Assembly: GCA_051883395.1 (NCBI GenBank)
Contig: JBJETQ010000031.1
Span: 1 to 54,803, forward strand
Direction of reading: 5' to 3'
DNA: 54,803 nt
DNA from: Christensenellales bacterium
Lineage (GTDB): Bacteria; Bacillota; Clostridia; Christensenellales; UBA3700
The translations under genes were made by a program, and so were the position numbers. The notes beneath the pieces are model-generated. The model did not search any database. It was not told the DNA's origin and was given only the letters and a program-made list of their open reading frames with translations. Position 1 is the first letter of the stretch; every line of letters begins with the position of its first letter. This document shows positions 27,522 to 38,516 of this stretch, piece after piece.

Positions 27522-29491
27522 ACAATCCTCTTAAACATTTTGTCCAGATCTGTGCGACTCAATCTGATGACTGCCGGTCTTCCGTGCGGACATTGCATAG
27601 GCACGCCGTCTTTCATATTTTTCAGCAAACTCTCAATCTGCTCGTTGGACAACTTGTCTCCCGCTTTAATTGCAGCTTTACATGCCGTCATGGCGAGTTG
27701 ATCTCTTATCAGGTCAGATTGTTTGCAATTGCCTACTATTTTTCTTTCGCTCAAAACCTGGTCAAAGAATTTGCCTAGGTCAATATCGTACAATATTGCA
27801 GGAACTGTATTGATTTTGAAAGTTAAGCCGCCAAATTCTTCGATTTCAAAACCAATTGCCACAAGTGAATCGGATATTTGTTCCACGTAATCGTATTGTT
27901 CAGCGCTACATTCCAGAATGTAAGGAACAAGCAACGGTTGACAACAACAATCTCCGTCGTCAATTTTTTCTTTGAGACGGTCAAACAGATACCGTTCGTG
28001 GCAGGCATGTTGATCGATAATATAAGCGTATTGTTGATATTGCAAAACCAGATACGTATCAAATAATTGTCCCAAAATCACTATATTATCTTTTATATCG
28101 TCGGATAACCCTACATTATATTGCTTGAAATCTATGTTCTTTGGCGTGTGAGAATACAAATTATCGCTTACACCATATAAAGCTTTATTATCAACAAAAC
28201 CACGTTGATTGACGACAGAATCTACCAAAGTTTTTTGATTTTCAATGATTTGACTAAGACCGTCAAGCGACGTTTGAGTTGCAAATTCGTCATGTTTTTC
28301 ATCAGACTTAATATAAGTTTTATTTATATTTTCTTTTTCTTTGTTATCTGAAAAAACATAATTTTGACTTATATTATTTGTGATGACTTCCCTTTCCGAA
28401 ATATTACTATCGCTTATATTATTTATACCGTAACTATCGGCGGCTATAAGTCCGTCATCATTCTGATTTTCCGATTTATTCCCGCCGTCAAAACGTAAAA
28501 ACGAAGTTTCAGCCTTGGCAAGAGTTTCTTCAACTGCATGATAAACGCATGAAAAAATACGTTGAGAATTGGCAAATCTAACTTCCTTTTTATTTGGATG
28601 AACGTTGACGTCAACTTCGTCAAACGGCATAATTACGTTGATTACAAACACAGGATAGCATCTGGTCATCAGTCTGTTGCCATAAGCCTGAGTTACGGCT
28701 GTTTGAATGGTAGCGCAATCTACGCTTCTGCCGTTGATGATGATTGTCTGGGCAGTTCTGTTGTGCTTATACACGGTTTTGTCGCCAATATAACCGTATA
28801 CTCTCACGTTGCCGCTGGTCTTGTCAAACGGCAACATTTTGTTGGCAATTTCGGTGGAAAATATCTCAAAAATAGCGTTTTCCAGCCCTTTATTGGTGTC
28901 AAAAACCACCTTTCCGTCGCATTTATAACAAAATTTTACGTCAGGATTGGCAAATATGAGTTCTGTCATAACTTGCGTAACGCAACTTTCTTCTGCCTTC
29001 GGTTTCTTCAAAAATTTACGTCTTACGGGAGTATTGAAAAACAAATTGTCAACAACAATTTTTGTCCCTGTGGACATACCTGTTTCGCCGCACTCTCCCA
29101 CGTTGGAGCCGCTTATTTGTATTCGATAACCAACTTCTTCATCGGCTGTTTTGCTGGCAATTTCCACCTGTGCCACAGCAGTAATGGAAGCCAGGGCTTC
29201 ACCCCTGAATCCCAAAGTAGATATTTCGTCAAGGTCGGCAGCTTTACTGATTTTTGACGTAGTGTGCGGCAGATAACAAATATTCATATCTTCCCTGTCT
29301 ATTCCACAACCGTTGTCAGTTACTTCGATTTTGGTCAAGCCACCGTCTTCAAGGGATACAAAAATCATATCGGCGCCTGCGTCGACAGAGTTTTCTACCA
29401 GTTCCTTTACTACCGAAGCAGGTCTCTCAACCACTTCTCCTGCTGAAATAAGATTGTAGACAGATTTGTCAAGTATATTTATCTTTGCCAT
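27518..29491 (-). CDS. mutL: DNA mismatch repair endonuclease MutL
   Basis: AGEVVERPASVVKELVENS.DA, GFRGEAL, DQHACHER, ACK, CPHGRP. Confidence 0.97.
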   Translation of the reverse strand: MAKINILDKSVYNLISAGEVVERPASVVKELVENSVDAGADMIFVSLEDGGLTKIEVTDNGCGIDREDMNICYLPHTTSKISKAADLDEISTLGFRGEALASITAVAQVEIASKTADEEVGYRIQISGSNVGECGETGMSTGTKIVVDNLFFNTPVRRKFLKKPKAEESCVTQVMTELIFANPDVKFCYKCDGKVVFDTNKGLENAIFEIFSTEIANKMLPFDKTSGNVRVYGYIGDKTVYKHNRTAQTIIINGRSVDCATIQTAVTQAYGNRLMTRCYPVFVINVIMPFDEVDVNVHPNKKEVRFANSQRIFSCVYHAVEETLAKAETSFLRFDGGNKSENQNDDGLIAADSYGINNISDSNISEREVITNNISQNYVFSDNKEKENINKTYIKSDEKHDEFATQTSLDGLSQIIENQKTLVDSVVNQRGFVDNKALYGVSDNLYSHTPKNIDFKQYNVGLSDDIKDNIVILGQLFDTYLVLQYQQYAYIIDQHACHERYLFDRLKEKIDDGDCCCQPLLVPYILECSAEQYDYVEQISDSLVAIGFEIEEFGGLTFKINTVPAILYDIDLGKFFDQVLSERKIVGNCKQSDLIRDQLAMTACKAAIKAGDKLSNEQIESLLKNMKDGVPMQCPHGRPAVIRLSRTDLDKMFKRIV

Positions 29492-29492
29492 A

Positions 29493-32102
29493 TCATTCCT
29501 TCAACATATTTACCAGTTCGCTCAGTTTTACCAATGCTTGCAAAGGTGTAAGCGTCTCAGTCTCTATGTCTTTCAATTCTTTTAGTATAGTAGCGGTTTT
29601 ATTTTCTTCGTCTACTCTTTTAGCTTCTGCAAGAAGCGGCAATTCTTCTTCCTGATGAGTTTTCAGCGGATTTTGTTCAAGAATTTTAGATATTTCCTTT
29701 GCTCTGACAATAACATTTTTTGGCAGTCCTGCCAGTTTTGCAACTTCTATACCAAAACTCTTGTTGGTACCGCCCCTGACAATGCGGTGCAAAAAGATAA
29801 TTCCTTTATCTCTCTCGGCAGCGAGAATTTTATAATTTTTTACGCCGTCCAACCAACCTTCAAGCTCGGTAAGCTCGTGATAATGCGTAGAAAACATCGT
29901 TTTACACCTGATTGTATTGGTTATTTCTTCTGTAACAGCTCTTGCAATAGCAAGTCCGTCAAACGTAGACGTACCCCTTCCTATCTCGTCAAGTACCAAA
30001 AGACTTCTGAAAGTAGCGTTTTGCAAAATAGTAGCAACTTCCACCATTTCGACCATAAATGTACTTTGACCATACGCCAGGTCGTCGCTAGCGCCTATTC
30101 TCGTAAATATTCTGTCCGTTATCGACACTTTTGCCGATTTTGCAGGTACAAAACAACCGATATGCGCCATAATTACAATGAGCGCAACCTGTCGCATATA
30201 CGTACTCTTACCAGCCATATTCGGTCCGGTAATAATCATTGTGCGATTCTGATTGTTGTCCAGCAACGTGTCGTTAGGCACAAAGTTTCCCCTTCCGCAT
30301 ATCTTTTCTACCACAGGGTGTCTGCCTTCTGTAATTTCGATTTGCTCTACTTTCTCGTTGATAACAGGTTTGACGTAGTTGCCTGCAATCGAAGCCTTGG
30401 CAAAACTCAGCAACGTGTCTACAACGGCTACTGCTCTTGCCGAAGCCAACATTTTGGACACAACTTCCAACAGTTTCAGCTTCAATTCTTCAAAAATTCT
30501 GAGTTCCAAAGCAATAGCCTTTTCCTGTGCACCCAGCAATTTATCTTCAATTTCTTTCAATTCCTGAGTTATGTATCTTTCGCCGTTGGTCAAGGTTTGT
30601 TTGCGCTGATATCTGAAAGGCACTTTGTCGATTTGCCCCTTGCTTACTTCGATATAATAACCAAAAACCTTGTTGTAACCGATTTTGAGAGTCTTGATGC
30701 CTGTTTCTTCTCTCTCTTTGGCTTCCAATTGGCTAAGCCATAGTTTGCCTTGCGAACCTGCGTTGCGATATTCGTCTATCTGACGATTATAGCCTGCTTT
30801 GACAAAACCGCCGTCCTTGATTACGCTAGGCGGATTGTCGTCAATGGCAATTTCTATCAGTTTTGCAATATCGTCCAGCGTATCGATATTTTCATTGCAT
30901 TCTGTAAGTATGCCCGACGTAGCGTCGTCAAGAAGCGATTTTACCGACGGCAAAGCCTGCAACGACTGCTTGATAGCGACAAAATCTCTTGGATTGGTAT
31001 TGCCGTAAGCCAATCTTGAAGCAAGACGCTCCAAATCTCTCACGTCCGACAGCGTCTGGGACAGATTGTTTCTTATCTTATTTTTTGCTATCAATTCTTC
31101 AACGCCGTCAAGACGTCTGTTGATTGCAGCGCTGTCTCTCAAAGGTTGCTCTATCCACCTTCTGAGATTGCGTGCGCCCATATTGGTACAAGTCTGATCC
31201 AATACCCACAGCAAAGTCGCCTTTTTGGAGCCGTCTCGCACCGAAGCGGTAAGTTCCAGACTTCTGCGAGTGTTGGCGTCCATAGCCAGATATTTGTTTT
31301 TGGTAACGTATTTTATTCCATCTATATGCGGCAAAGCTCTTTTCTGCGTTTCGTTGAGATAATTCAAAACCGCTCCGCAGCTGCCGACAGACAGTTTTTT
31401 GTCGTCAAATTCAAACTTGGCAAGCGTAGAAACGTTGAAGTGTTGAGCCAACAATTTATACGCTGTCTGATACTCAAAAGCCCAGTCGGGATATTCCTGT
31501 GCCTTAGGCATTTTGCCCATTCTTACGTTTTGTGAATCTCTGAGCAAATTGCAAGCATCGGCATTTGCAATTATCTCCTTAGGAGCCAGAGTTGACAAGG
31601 TATCTTCTATACTCGACAATGCGTTTTCACCGTCTTTGAGTTGATACTGCGTGGTGCAGAATTCTCCCGTAGAAATATCTACCCAAGCCAGCGCAAAAGC
31701 ATTTTTGTCAAGACAAACGCAGGCAAGATAGTTGTTGGCTTTATCCTGCAAAATATTTTCTTCGACTACCGTTCCGGGAGTGATAATTCTTACGACGTCT
31801 CTATCAACAAGACCTTTGCTGGTAGCAGGGTCAGAGAGCTGTTCGCATATAGCCACTTTGTAGCCTTTGTCTATCAGTTTGGAGATATAAGCGTCAACGG
31901 CATGATAAGGCACTCCGCACATTGGCGCACGTTGTTCCAGTCCGCAATCTCTACCCGTCAAGGTCAAATCAAGCTCTCTCGATGCTGTTTCGGCGTCTTC
32001 AAAAAACATCTCGTAAAAATCGCCCAATCTGAAAAACAACAAACAGTCATTATACTTTTCTTTGAGCGACAAATAAAACTTCATCATTGGTGAAAGTGCC
32101 AT
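29493..32102 (-). CDS. mutS: DNA mismatch repair protein MutS
   Basis: GDFYEMF, TGPNMAGKSTYMRQ, STFMVEM, DEIGRGT. Confidence 0.97.
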   Translation of the reverse strand: MALSPMMKFYLSLKEKYNDCLLFFRLGDFYEMFFEDAETASRELDLTLTGRDCGLEQRAPMCGVPYHAVDAYISKLIDKGYKVAICEQLSDPATSKGLVDRDVVRIITPGTVVEENILQDKANNYLACVCLDKNAFALAWVDISTGEFCTTQYQLKDGENALSSIEDTLSTLAPKEIIANADACNLLRDSQNVRMGKMPKAQEYPDWAFEYQTAYKLLAQHFNVSTLAKFEFDDKKLSVGSCGAVLNYLNETQKRALPHIDGIKYVTKNKYLAMDANTRRSLELTASVRDGSKKATLLWVLDQTCTNMGARNLRRWIEQPLRDSAAINRRLDGVEELIAKNKIRNNLSQTLSDVRDLERLASRLAYGNTNPRDFVAIKQSLQALPSVKSLLDDATSGILTECNENIDTLDDIAKLIEIAIDDNPPSVIKDGGFVKAGYNRQIDEYRNAGSQGKLWLSQLEAKEREETGIKTLKIGYNKVFGYYIEVSKGQIDKVPFRYQRKQTLTNGERYITQELKEIEDKLLGAQEKAIALELRIFEELKLKLLEVVSKMLASARAVAVVDTLLSFAKASIAGNYVKPVINEKVEQIEITEGRHPVVEKICGRGNFVPNDTLLDNNQNRTMIITGPNMAGKSTYMRQVALIVIMAHIGCFVPAKSAKVSITDRIFTRIGASDDLAYGQSTFMVEMVEVATILQNATFRSLLVLDEIGRGTSTFDGLAIARAVTEEITNTIRCKTMFSTHYHELTELEGWLDGVKNYKILAAERDKGIIFLHRIVRGGTNKSFGIEVAKLAGLPKNVIVRAKEISKILEQNPLKTHQEEELPLLAEAKRVDEENKTATILKELKDIETETLTPLQALVKLSELVNMLKE

Positions 32103-32103
32103 A

Positions 32104-33429
32104 TTACTCCTCAATTTTGCCGTAAAGTGCCGACATTTTTGACTTTTCTATTTTTACGTTGACAAACCTGCCTACCATATCGGGTTTGCCTTCAAAATTT
32201 ACCAATCTACCGCTATCCGTTCTGCCCATCACGTAGCCGTCCAACTTTTCGTTGACGTCTTCGCAAAGCACTTCGAAGGTCTTGTTCTCGTAACTTTTCG
32301 ATATTGCGGCAGTAACTGCATTTTGTTCTTCTATCAATCTCATAATTCTACGCTTTGCAACTTCGGGAGCAACTTGCGGCATTTTAGCGGCGGCAGTACC
32401 CCTTCTTATCGAATATACAAACGTAAAAGCTGTCGAAAAACCGACTTTTCTTACTATATCCAAAGTATCTTCAAAGTCTTCGTCTTCTTCATAAGGAAAG
32501 CCAACCATTATATCGGTAGTAATTCCGCAATCGGGTATCTTAGACCTTATATCATCAACGACTTTGAGATAATAATCTCTCGTATAGTGTCTGTTCATAA
32601 GTTTGAGTATCTTGTCAGAACCTGACTGGATAGGCAGATGAATATTGTTGCAGATGCTTTTGCTGGAAGCTATTATATCTATCACGTCCCTGCTCAAATC
32701 TTTTGGGTGAGAGGTCATAAATCTCACTCTGTGCTTGGTATAATCGTCAAGTTTTGCAATTTCTTCGAGCAATTTTGCAAAACTCTCGCCGCTACCCAGA
32801 TTGCTTCCGTAAGAATTTACATTCTGCCCCAGCAAAGTAATCTCTTTGTATCCCTGATCGAGCAACGATTTGAATTCGTCCATAATGTCGCTCATCTTAC
32901 GGCTTCTCTCTCTGCCACGAACGTAAGGTACAATGCAGTAAGTACAGAAATTGTTGCAGCCGTACATAATATTGAGCCAGGCATTTGTTCCGCTGGTGCG
33001 GTAGATGCGTTGATTTTCTATTATCTCAGGATTTTCGCTCGGGTCAATCAGCACAGTTTTTTTGCGACGGTTTTTACGTTCGATTATGCACTCTTGCAGT
33101 TTGTCAAGATTATTGGTACCCAAAATAATATCGACAAAAGGAAATTTCTTTTTTACGTCTGCGGCAGTCTGCTCTTGTTGAGTCATACAGCCCACTACGG
33201 CCACTATCATATCGGGTTTTAACTTTTTCAGTTTCTTGATTGCCCCTATATTTCCCATTGCATGTTGTTCGGCATTGTCCCTTATACAACAGGTATTGAA
33301 AACAATTATATCGGCTTCGTCGCATTCTTTACATTCGCTGTACCCCATGTATTCCAAAGTTCCTGCGATTTTTTCCGATTCATGCACGTTCATCTGGCAA
33401 CCGTACGTAATAATCTTATATTTTTGCAT
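32104..33429 (-). CDS. miaB: tRNA methylthiotransferase MiaB
   Basis: TYGCQMN, NTCCIR, CNNFCTYC radical-SAM motif, TRAM tail; start at MQKYK. Confidence 0.96.
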   Translation of the reverse strand: MQKYKIITYGCQMNVHESEKIAGTLEYMGYSECKECDEADIIVFNTCCIRDNAEQHAMGNIGAIKKLKKLKPDMIVAVVGCMTQQEQTAADVKKKFPFVDIILGTNNLDKLQECIIERKNRRKKTVLIDPSENPEIIENQRIYRTSGTNAWLNIMYGCNNFCTYCIVPYVRGRERSRKMSDIMDEFKSLLDQGYKEITLLGQNVNSYGSNLGSGESFAKLLEEIAKLDDYTKHRVRFMTSHPKDLSRDVIDIIASSKSICNNIHLPIQSGSDKILKLMNRHYTRDYYLKVVDDIRSKIPDCGITTDIMVGFPYEEDEDFEDTLDIVRKVGFSTAFTFVYSIRRGTAAAKMPQVAPEVAKRRIMRLIEEQNAVTAAISKSYENKTFEVLCEDVNEKLDGYVMGRTDSGRLVNFEGKPDMVGRFVNVKIEKSKMSALYGKIEE

Positions 33430-33435
33430 ATAACA

Positions 33436-33474
33436 AGTATAACGAAAAAAACAAAAAAATTCAAGCGGTATAAT
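33436..33474. promoter_or_regulatory. Back-to-back promoters for miaB (-) and pbp1A (+)
   Basis: Minus: TTGAAT-17 nt-TATACT, then 6 nt to ATG. Plus: TATAAT 33469-33474, then 5 nt to ATG 33480. Confidence 0.55.
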
Positions 33475-33479
33475 ATAAA

Positions 33480-35723
33480 ATGAAAGCGCACACGAAAAAT
33501 ATAATAAAAAAGACGATAGCCGCAATGACGATAACGATTATAGGCATAATTTTTATCGCATTTACGGCGTTTGCTATTTATCTCTACACAGGCGGTTCGA
33601 TAGATTTAGCCAGATTGGACTCACATTCGGGTTTTGTGGAAGTATATGACGACGACGGTTTATTGTGCAATACGCAATCACACAACTTTATCCAAAGTTA
33701 TGACGAAATTCCTACCCGACTCGTAGACGCATTTGTTGCCATAGAAGACAAGCGTTTTTTCAGCCATCACGGAATAGATTACAAAAGGATATGCGGAGCA
33801 ATAGTCAACAACCTGCAAGGCAATCGTCTTCAAGGTGCGTCAACTATTACGCAACAACTCATCAAGAATACTCTGCTCACGTCAAAACAGTCATATGACA
33901 GAAAGCTTAAAGAAGCAAAACTTGCCATCAAACTGGAAAAGATGTTGACAAAAGAAGAAATTATGGTCAAATATCTCAACGTTCTTTACTTCGGAAGCGG
34001 TCAATACGGAGTAAAGAACGCTGCGCAAAGATTTTTTGACAAATCTCTCGACCAACTCAACGTATCAGAGTGCGCAATGCTTGCAGGAATAGTCAAAAGC
34101 CCTACAAAATACAACCCGGTATATAATTACGACAATGCCGTAGGAAGAATGAACTTAGTGCTTTCTTGTATGGAGCAACAGGGATATATAAATACGAATA
34201 GTTATAAATATGATGAAATTATTATAAAAAATGAATTAAATGAGAATAATATTTATTCTGTCTATGTCGAAAATGCTCTGAATGAAGCAGCAAAAATACT
34301 TGATACTGACGTAGAACAAATTGTTTATGACGGCATCAAGATATATACCTATCTGTCTACAAAAGAGCAAAAAAATCTTGCTGACGTGATATGCGACGCA
34401 AGATATTATCCCGATTATGATTCTACCGACGCAGCGGCAATAATCCTTGACAATGCAAACGGCGGTATAAAAGCGCTGTATTCTAAGAGCAATATCAATC
34501 TTGCTACCTTCAAAAGACAACCTGCGTCGATAATCAAGCCTTTGGCAGCCTATGCTCCGGCAATTGATATGGGTTACGTCCATCCGTTGACTATGGTCAA
34601 TGACGTAAAAACAGATTTTGGTGGCTACTCTCCTTCCAACTATCACAATAATTACCTGGGTTGGACGACGCTCAAAGACGCACTCAAATACTCTCAAAAC
34701 GTTCCTGCCGTCAAATTGCTGGACGTAGTCGGCGTACAAAGAGCCAAAGAATATTTATCTGCAATGAATATCAATCTTGACGAAAAGGACAGCAATCTTT
34801 CCGTAGCTTTGGGCGGACTTACCTATGGTACTACGTTTGACCAAATTGCAGGCGGTTATCTTACTCTTGCCAATTACGGTCAATACGTCGCTCCTACAAT
34901 GATTAAGTGTATTTACAATGCTGAAAACGCATCAATTTATACCCATTCGCCAACACTAAAAAAGGTTTTTGAGCCGACAACCGGATATTTTGTTACTGAT
35001 ATGCTCAAAGAAACCGCCAGAACCGGTACGGGAAAGAAACTAAATACTCTCGATTTTGAAGTAGCATGCAAGACTGGTACGGCAGCTTACGTTGACCCCA
35101 CCAAAAATACAGACGCATACTGTGCGGCTTATACTACGACGCATACTCTACTATGCTGGTTGGGCGGAAAAGAAAATAAACCAATGAACGATAACGTAAC
35201 AGGTGGCGGCGCACCGACGCTTATGGCAAAGTCCATTCTGTCGTCGCTCTATGCCGACAAAAAGCCGCAGAATTTTACTAAACCGCAAAATCTTGTTGAA
35301 AAACGAATAGATAAATACAGTTACGACAACGATCATTCGATTGTACTTGCTGGAATTCATGCACCGCAAAGTCAGACTTTGACGGTAGAGTTTGCAGCAA
35401 ATCACCTGCCAGACACGTCAGACGAAAGCTATGAAGATCTGAGTATAAAGGACTTTAACTGCAACGTAACCAAAGACAAAATCAACCTGTCTTTTACTGC
35501 AAATCCAAGACTTAATTATGCTCTGTACTATCGCAATATTCTGTCAAAAGAAACGTTGCTGGCTCAATGGAGCGATAAGAGCGGAAAAATCAATCTGACG
35601 ATTGACAAGCTGTCCGAATCGGGACTTCTGGGAGAAAAATACACCTTGCTTGCATATTATTTTGACGATGACGGTAAAAAGATAGTCGGAATACCGCAGA
35701 CGGTTTATAAGTGGCAACTATAA
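33480..35723 (+). CDS. Class A penicillin-binding protein (transglycosylase/transpeptidase)
   Basis: EDKRFFSHHG, GASTITQQL, SIIK (SxxK), SQN, KTGT. Confidence 0.93.
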   Translation: MKAHTKNIIKKTIAAMTITIIGIIFIAFTAFAIYLYTGGSIDLARLDSHSGFVEVYDDDGLLCNTQSHNFIQSYDEIPTRLVDAFVAIEDKRFFSHHGIDYKRICGAIVNNLQGNRLQGASTITQQLIKNTLLTSKQSYDRKLKEAKLAIKLEKMLTKEEIMVKYLNVLYFGSGQYGVKNAAQRFFDKSLDQLNVSECAMLAGIVKSPTKYNPVYNYDNAVGRMNLVLSCMEQQGYINTNSYKYDEIIIKNELNENNIYSVYVENALNEAAKILDTDVEQIVYDGIKIYTYLSTKEQKNLADVICDARYYPDYDSTDAAAIILDNANGGIKALYSKSNINLATFKRQPASIIKPLAAYAPAIDMGYVHPLTMVNDVKTDFGGYSPSNYHNNYLGWTTLKDALKYSQNVPAVKLLDVVGVQRAKEYLSAMNINLDEKDSNLSVALGGLTYGTTFDQIAGGYLTLANYGQYVAPTMIKCIYNAENASIYTHSPTLKKVFEPTTGYFVTDMLKETARTGTGKKLNTLDFEVACKTGTAAYVDPTKNTDAYCAAYTTTHTLLCWLGGKENKPMNDNVTGGGAPTLMAKSILSSLYADKKPQNFTKPQNLVEKRIDKYSYDNDHSIVLAGIHAPQSQTLTVEFAANHLPDTSDESYEDLSIKDFNCNVTKDKINLSFTANPRLNYALYYRNILSKETLLAQWSDKSGKINLTIDKLSESGLLGEKYTLLAYYFDDDGKKIVGIPQTVYKWQL

Positions 35724-35726
35724 TAT

Positions 35727-36899
35727 TTATACCATCGGCGACAAATCAATTTCTTGCGTGTTTTCTATTGCTTTGACGATAGATTCTTCCAAATCAACTA
35801 TTCTTGCCTGCTCTTTTACGGCAACGGCAAGCGAAGGCTTGATAACAGGATATTTAGGCAAAAATACCGTACAGCAATCTTCATAAGGAAGTTCGCTTAA
35901 ATCGTGAGTATCGATTTCTTTGGCGGTATTCATAATTTCATATTTATCCATGCCGATAAGCGGTCTGAAAATAGGCAACTCTCTTGCTGCATTGTTGGTT
36001 ACAGTAATACTCTCGGTCGTCTGAGAAGCTACCTGCGCCAGACTTTCACCTGTTATCAGAGCGCCGCAGCCGTTTTGTATTGCCGTTCTTTCGGCGATAT
36101 CTATCATTATCCTTCTCATAATCGTAATCATATAATCGGCACGACAATACTGATGTATCTTTTGTTGAATATCGGTAAAAGGAACGACAAATAGCCTTAT
36201 CTTGCCGCAATAAGCAGTAAGTTTCTGAGCCAGGTCAATTACTTTCTGCTTTGCTAGCTCGCTGGTGTGCGGATAACTGTGATAATGAATTGCGCAAATT
36301 TCCATACCACGTCTTGCCATTCTCCAACCAGCCACAGGAGAGTCGAATCCACCGCTCAACAATAACATTCCTTTGCCTGCGCTGCCAACAGGCATACCGC
36401 CTGCGCAAGGAATGGTATCGGCAAAAACGTAAGAATATCCCTTTTCTCTTATATCAACCTTAATATCTACGGCAGGATTATTCAAATCAACCTGCAACAG
36501 CGGATTTTTATCCAAGCAATATCCGCCCATCAAAGCGGCAATCTGCATACTGTTTTTATCCAGTCTTTTGTCAGCTCTTTTTACGCTCACCCTGAACGTC
36601 GTCCTGCCCTGCGGAGTATATTCTCTCACGGCTTCGCCCATACATTGATATTCCGACTTGACTTTGGTGGCCACACTCATGCTATGCAATCCAAAAACCT
36701 TAGTCAGCCTGCTTATGATTTCTTCCTGCAAAAATTCGTCGTAATCTTCGATATAATATCTGTTTTGCGTTCTGATAAAATTATAATCTATTCCGGATAA
36801 CGCTTCTTTTATATTGCAAATAAGCTTGTTTTCAAAAAAAGCTTTATTTTTGCCCTTCAAAAAAATCTCTCCAAATCTCAGCAACAATACTTTTTTCAT
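35727..36899 (-). CDS. thiI: tRNA 4-thiouridine synthase ThiI
   Basis: RFGEIFLKGKN, THUMP domain, LLSGGFDSPVA, TGESLAQVASQT, EDCC. Confidence 0.96.
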   Translation of the reverse strand: MKKVLLLRFGEIFLKGKNKAFFENKLICNIKEALSGIDYNFIRTQNRYYIEDYDEFLQEEIISRLTKVFGLHSMSVATKVKSEYQCMGEAVREYTPQGRTTFRVSVKRADKRLDKNSMQIAALMGGYCLDKNPLLQVDLNNPAVDIKVDIREKGYSYVFADTIPCAGGMPVGSAGKGMLLLSGGFDSPVAGWRMARRGMEICAIHYHSYPHTSELAKQKVIDLAQKLTAYCGKIRLFVVPFTDIQQKIHQYCRADYMITIMRRIMIDIAERTAIQNGCGALITGESLAQVASQTTESITVTNNAARELPIFRPLIGMDKYEIMNTAKEIDTHDLSELPYEDCCTVFLPKYPVIKPSLAVAVKEQARIVDLEESIVKAIENTQEIDLSPMV

Positions 36900-36919
36900 A
36901 TTTTCTCCGTAAATCTCCG

Positions 36920-38059
36920 TTATTTTCGTTGATATTCTTTCAGACGGTCAATGACCTTAACCAGTCCGTCCACGCATACGTCTATATCGTATGTCGTTGT
37001 AGTTTCGTCAAAACTGAGTCTTATTACCCCGCCACTATATTTGTCAGACATTCCCAAAGCTTGCGGTATACGCTTACTGCCTTTACCGGCCGAGCATGCC
37101 GACCCTGTTCCGACAATTACTCCCATATCTTCCATACAATGCACGACTACTTCTCCACGCATATTTTCAAGAGCAATACTTACAATATTACCTGCGCTGT
37201 TATCCGTGTCTGTATTAATAATGCAATCAGGGATATTGACTTTGATTTTTTCAACTGTATATTTTTGCAAAACTTTAAAAGCATTGTACTTTTGTGCAAT
37301 CTTGCCTGCATTGATTTCCACAATCTCGCCAAAAGCCATGATAGACGCCACGTTTTCGGTTGCCGAGCGCACGCCGCCTTCCTGACCGCCGCCAAAAATT
37401 ATCGGGCGCAACGTCAAACCTTTGCGTACGTACAAAAAACCCAGTCCCTTAGGTCCGTGTATTTTGTGTGCGCTGGCGCTGTACATATCCACGCCCAGGT
37501 TTTTTACGTTAATAGCAACCTTGCCGTAAGCTTGCACGCCGTCGCTATGAACCAACGCCCTTGGCGACTTGGAGCGAACGAGCTGTACGATACTTTTCAA
37601 ATCGTTCAACGCACCTGTTTCGTTACACACGTGCATTACGGATACCAGCACAACGCTGTCGTCAAGCATTTGTTCAAGTTGCGATATTATTACTCTGCCA
37701 AATCTGTCGACAGGCGCAAAGCAAACATCGTATCCTTTGGTAGCCAATTCGTTTGCGCAGGCATACACAGCAGAATGTTCAACAGAGCTGACGATGACTT
37801 TGCCTTTTTTCGACTTTATGCTGCAAAGCATAGCCAGATTGTCGGCTTCGCTGCCCGAAGCGGTAAATATTATTTCAGCGGAGTCTGCACCAAGCGAGCG
37901 AGCTATCTTCGTCCTTACAGATTTTACGTCGTTGGCAACCAGCAAAGATTTGCTATACAAAGCCGACGGATTGTAAAACAATTCTTCTCCGTATTTTTTA
38001 ATAATATCTGCGCATCTTTCGTCCATTTTTGTAGTTGCGGCATTGTCAAGATATATCAT
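36920..38059 (-). CDS. Cysteine desulfurase (NifZ/IscS-type, ThiI partner)
   Basis: YLDNAATT, SAHKIHGPKG, GSACS; directly upstream of thiI. Confidence 0.93.
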   Translation of the reverse strand: MIYLDNAATTKMDERCADIIKKYGEELFYNPSALYSKSLLVANDVKSVRTKIARSLGADSAEIIFTASGSEADNLAMLCSIKSKKGKVIVSSVEHSAVYACANELATKGYDVCFAPVDRFGRVIISQLEQMLDDSVVLVSVMHVCNETGALNDLKSIVQLVRSKSPRALVHSDGVQAYGKVAINVKNLGVDMYSASAHKIHGPKGLGFLYVRKGLTLRPIIFGGGQEGGVRSATENVASIMAFGEIVEINAGKIAQKYNAFKVLQKYTVEKIKVNIPDCIINTDTDNSAGNIVSIALENMRGEVVVHCMEDMGVIVGTGSACSAGKGSKRIPQALGMSDKYSGGVIRLSFDETTTTYDIDVCVDGLVKVIDRLKEYQRK

Positions 38060-38516
38060 AAACCTTTCCTTTTATCAAACAGTATGCGTATTCGTCCAAA
38101 GCAATCACGTAGCGTTTGCCGTCATAAATCATTTCAAACAAATCGTAATTACAGCCCTTGCACACAAACTTAGTGCTTTTGTCTTTGCTATCGCATCTGT
38201 CAATTTTTTTCAATTCGTCAATTTTATCATAATCGAAACTATATTTTTTTCTTATTATTCCGCCATACTTTTCAACTTGCAGTTTTTTGTCGTCAAAACA
38301 ATATTTCCAACCGTATATCAGGGCGCAAGCGGCAAATCTTACGACAAGAAGTATCGCAAAAATCAACAGACTTTTCAATATCTCCCATATATTTGCAGCT
38401 ACTATCCCGGCAAAAAATATCCACAAATTGCAAAAGTCAACCAGCAAACAAGCGGCAAGCAATACGATTTTCAATGGTTTGAATCTGTTGCAAACTATTT
38501 CCAGCTTATGCGTCAT
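38046..38516 (-). CDS. Hypothetical membrane protein (2 TM plus soluble C-terminal domain)
   Basis: ATG overlaps the mutS2 stop and the stop overlaps the desulfurase start, suggesting translational coupling. Confidence 0.6.
   Translation of the reverse strand: MTHKLEIVCNRFKPLKIVLLAACLLVDFCNLWIFFAGIVAANIWEILKSLLIFAILLVVRFAACALIYGWKYCFDDKKLQVEKYGGIIRKKYSFDYDKIDELKKIDRCDSKDKSTKFVCKGCNYDLFEMIYDGKRYVIALDEYAYCLIKGKVYDIS

Noticed and set aside
29655-30743. 362-aa + strand ORF
   Set aside because: Antisense shadow of mutS
36929-38173. 414-aa + strand ORF
   Set aside because: Antisense shadow of the cysteine desulfurase; no motifs or RBS
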